A stretch of DNA of 37,986 nt from contig JALOBQ010000001.1 in the NCBI GenBank assembly GCA_023228185.1, positions 8,032 through 46,017 of the forward strand, written 5' to 3'. The notes beneath the pieces are model-generated. The model saw nothing but the letters and a program-made list of their open reading frames with translations, did not search any database and had not been told where the DNA came from. A program made the translations under genes and the position numbers. Position 1 is the stretch's first letter. Every line of letters starts with the position of its first letter. The stretch is from Candidatus Omnitrophota bacterium. GTDB taxonomy: Bacteria; Omnitrophota; Gorgyraeia; Gygaellales; Profunditerraquicolaceae. Positions 35,493-37,986 of the stretch are shown here, in pieces.

Positions 35493-36446
35493 TTAAGCCT
35501 TTGCGCACTTAAACCAATGTTGTGTTTTATTGGAAAAATAAACCAGGCTTAACATTATCGGCACTTCTGTAAGCACGCCTACTACGGTAGCCAGCGCTGC
35601 GCCGCTTTTCAGGCCAAACAAAGAAATTGCTACAGCTACGGATAATTCAAAAAAATTACTCGCGCCAATCATCCCCGCAGGCGCAGCAATAGAATGAGTT
35701 AAGCACCACTTTCTGCACCATAGATAACCAATAAAAAAAATAAAATAAGTCTGAATTATTAAAGGCACGGCAATCAATAATATATGCAGCGGATTGCCAA
35801 GTATAATATTGCCTTGAAAAGCAAAAAGGATGATTAAAGTCAACAACAACCCAAAAATTGTTACTGGTTTAAGCATTTTTAGAAAAACATTTTCAAACCA
35901 CTCCCTGCCTTTTAGTTTTAACAAATACACTCTGGAAACATATCCAAAAGCAAGCGGGATAACCACGAAAAAGACTGTAGAATAAATTAACGTATCGTAA
36001 GGCACAACGATTTGATTTACACCAAGCAGAAATTTGACAATCGGCACAAAAGCAACTAATATTACCAGGTCATTTACGGCTACCTGAACCAAAGTGTAAG
36101 CAGGATCACCTTTAGTTAAATAGCTCCAAACAAAAACCATCGCTGTGCAAGGAGCGGCTCCCAAAAGTATCGCGCCAGCGATATATTCTTTAGCCAAAGC
36201 CGGGCTGATAAAAGCAGCGAATACGTATTTTAAAAATATCGCCGCAAATATCGCCATACTAAACGGTTTAACCAACCAATTAACCACTAACGTCACGAAT
36301 AACCCCTTAGGTTTTTTTCCTGCTTTTATAATACTGGAGAAGTCAATTTGCACCATCATTGGATAGATCATTAACCAAATAAGAATGGCTGCTATAAACA
36401 GAACAGGCGTTTGAAACGATATATTACTAAAACTTAATCTAATCAA
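35493..36446 (-). CDS. acr3: ACR3-family arsenite efflux permease (N-terminally short; TTG start)
   Basis: 317 aa. LIWLMIYPMMVQIDF, NWLVKPFSMA, GAAPCTAMVFVW (conserved Cys), LTEVPIML. The frame is closed by a stop 5 codons upstream of the TTG. Confidence 0.75.
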   Translation of the reverse strand: MIRLSFSNISFQTPVLFIAAILIWLMIYPMMVQIDFSSIIKAGKKPKGLFVTLVVNWLVKPFSMAIFAAIFLKYVFAAFISPALAKEYIAGAILLGAAPCTAMVFVWSYLTKGDPAYTLVQVAVNDLVILVAFVPIVKFLLGVNQIVVPYDTLIYSTVFFVVIPLAFGYVSRVYLLKLKGREWFENVFLKMLKPVTIFGLLLTLIILFAFQGNIILGNPLHILLIAVPLIIQTYFIFFIGYLWCRKWCLTHSIAAPAGMIGASNFFELSVAVAISLFGLKSGAALATVVGVLTEVPIMLSLVYFSNKTQHWFKCAKA

Positions 36447-36532
36447 AATATTTAATCGTTATAATATATACTTTCTTATTTATAATTATAAAAAATAATC
36501 TTCATAAATTCCTAATTTTACTTACACTCGAT

Positions 36533-37897
36533 TTATTTAATAAGCAAAAAATAGCGGATTTGAGTATTTAAAAATCTAAAAATAAATATCAAAAACAACA
36601 GGCAAAAATGCGTAACGGGAAGAATAAAAAATGGCATAAAAGGTAAAATAAAACGGTAATTACCGTAAAAAATCAAAGTTATCAACAAAAAATTAATAAA
36701 ATAAATTGCGGGAAAATACGGAATTGTCAATGCCTGCTTACGCTTAAACTTATAGAGAATAAATATCCATAAATAATAAATAAGCAATCCAAGGACAATA
36801 AGGAAACAACTGAATTGCTTTCTGAATACTCTTTTCAGCTTATTTATCAATAAAGAGGGAAGATCTTTATAATGAAGAACCAAGAATTTAACCAATTTAT
36901 TAAAAGGCGAAACTTGTTTAATTTCAGGCCGATTATATAAATATTTTAAATTACCAGAATCCCACTTCCTCCAGGCCGGCGACCAGCCCCCCGTAGAAAG
37001 AGTATCCTCATTATTGCTATCCAATAAAAGTGTGTTTTGCTGAGTAGCCAAAGTAATTGGGCGCGATGTTTTACTGCTGGCATAAACACTCCAGGTAATA
37101 ATCAATAGCGCTATCCCGCTAACGAATAAAAAGCTTGTCAGCAATCTTTTAGTCTTTTCAGTTTTCAGAAATAAATAACACAATAAGATAAACGGTAAGA
37201 AAACATTTAGGCCTTTAGTTAAAACATTTAGGCCAGTTAATAACCCTAAGAGAAACGATTTTAAAGCTGAGGCCTTGACTTCCCAAGAAATCAGCATGAT
37301 TACTAAAATAAACAGGAAAAATGTTATAAGTGTTTCTGTAATGATTTTTGTGGGGTCAGGAGAAAAAAAAGCAAGAAAAAGAAATGCCCAGATAAACCCG
37401 CTAAGACAACCTAATTTACCCCAATAATGCCTTGCGATCAACGGCAAGGAAGCGGCAATAAAAGCAAGTAGATAAATCTGAATTACCTTCACCTTTAAAG
37501 GATGAACCCCAAAGAACTTATATACTGACCCCAGGAACAGAGGATAACCCGGAGTACGGTAAAATAAATACTCTCCTCCTTTCAGGAAATGATCATATAA
37601 AGTTTCTTCTCCGCCTGTCACCAGCGCGGGAGAAAAAGGATAAAATAAAATTTTAGAATTGCTCGCCTCCGGAGAAAACTTGTACTCCGAAAAATTAGTT
37701 ATTCCGCCAATCTGAAACCCAAAACCTTTGCTGATATTGACTCCCAGGGATTGATACTCCCAGGAATCGCCCCCGAAACGGGCTGAATCAGACAATTTAT
37801 CCCCTTTTGCCCAAAAAAGATAGGTTACCCCTAAGCTGAAAACAAACCAGAATATAATTTGAGTTATAAGAAGCTTTTTTAAGAAAACGTTAAGCAT
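36533..37897 (-). CDS. Polytopic membrane glycosyltransferase, ArnT/PMT_2 (GT39/GT83)-like (tentative)
   Basis: 454 aa with more than 10 predicted TM helices. The first periplasmic loop carries GGDSWEYQSLG, followed by YRTPGYPLFLG, resembling ArnT/PMT-type lipid-linked sugar transferases. Motif-level call only. Confidence 0.5.
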   Translation of the reverse strand: MLNVFLKKLLITQIIFWFVFSLGVTYLFWAKGDKLSDSARFGGDSWEYQSLGVNISKGFGFQIGGITNFSEYKFSPEASNSKILFYPFSPALVTGGEETLYDHFLKGGEYLFYRTPGYPLFLGSVYKFFGVHPLKVKVIQIYLLAFIAASLPLIARHYWGKLGCLSGFIWAFLFLAFFSPDPTKIITETLITFFLFILVIMLISWEVKASALKSFLLGLLTGLNVLTKGLNVFLPFILLCYLFLKTEKTKRLLTSFLFVSGIALLIITWSVYASSKTSRPITLATQQNTLLLDSNNEDTLSTGGWSPAWRKWDSGNLKYLYNRPEIKQVSPFNKLVKFLVLHYKDLPSLLINKLKRVFRKQFSCFLIVLGLLIYYLWIFILYKFKRKQALTIPYFPAIYFINFLLITLIFYGNYRFILPFMPFFILPVTHFCLLFLIFIFRFLNTQIRYFLLIK

Positions 37898-37986
37898 ATT
37901 CTTTTAAATTCTTTTCTTTATTGTTTTAAACATATACTTTTTTCGAATCAATCGGATCCCGATACCTCAATTCATATCTATCTTTA

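Noticed and set aside
1-37986. Scan for CRISPR repeats, transposase or integrase genes, terminal inverted repeats, prophage genes, toxin-antitoxin pairs and known defence-system components.
   Set aside because: None were found. Every ORF of 80 aa or more that I accept as real has a housekeeping or signalling assignment, or belongs to a conserved family of unknown function. The only repeats are the short ones listed in the findings.

Overview
All recognisable genes in this 37,986-nt window lie on the minus strand and are tightly packed, with many 4-13 nt start/stop overlaps. It reads as core chromosome of a moderately AT-rich, LptD-encoding (diderm-type) bacterium. I cannot assign the lineage from sequence alone. 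In transcription order (high to low coordinates): an ArnT/PMT-like membrane glycosyltransferase; an N-terminally short Acr3; miaB - TPR/SPOR protein - miaA - hflX; a mini MerR/HspR-like regulator - CIRCE operators - hrcA-grpE-dnaK-dnaJ - FmdB-type zinc ribbon; DUF1015 - accD - orphan MalK-like ABC ATPase; two tandem GGDEF cyclases; ROK glucokinase - transaldolase - lptD - ugd - UDP-HexNAc dehydrogenase - 4-epimerase - UDP-xylose synthase; cvpA - NIF3-like - dnaG - rpoD - PAS(x5)-GGDEF-HD-GYP protein; tRNA(CAU) - tRNA-Val - COG1579 zinc-ribbon protein - RNase HI - RNase P RNA; yebC - ruvC - ruvA (partial). I see no CRISPR array, transposase or integrase, phage genes, or recognisable defence or toxin modules, and I cannot point to a clear-cut novel multi-gene system. 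The most unusual observations are these. (i) The RNase HI ORF runs about 60 nt into the RNase P RNA gene, inside a co-directional tRNA-tRNA-CDS-CDS-rnpB block. (ii) The heat-shock locus has two CIRCE-like operators, an HrcA lacking the inserted dimerisation domain, a DNA-binding-domain-only HspR-like protein, and structured intergenic RNA including a ~24-nt inverted repeat bracketing dnaJ. (iii) A 1108-aa c-di-GMP turnover protein sits 14 nt behind rpoD. (iv) MiaB lacks a TRAM domain. (v) DnaK is the insert-less (monoderm-type) form, next to diderm markers.
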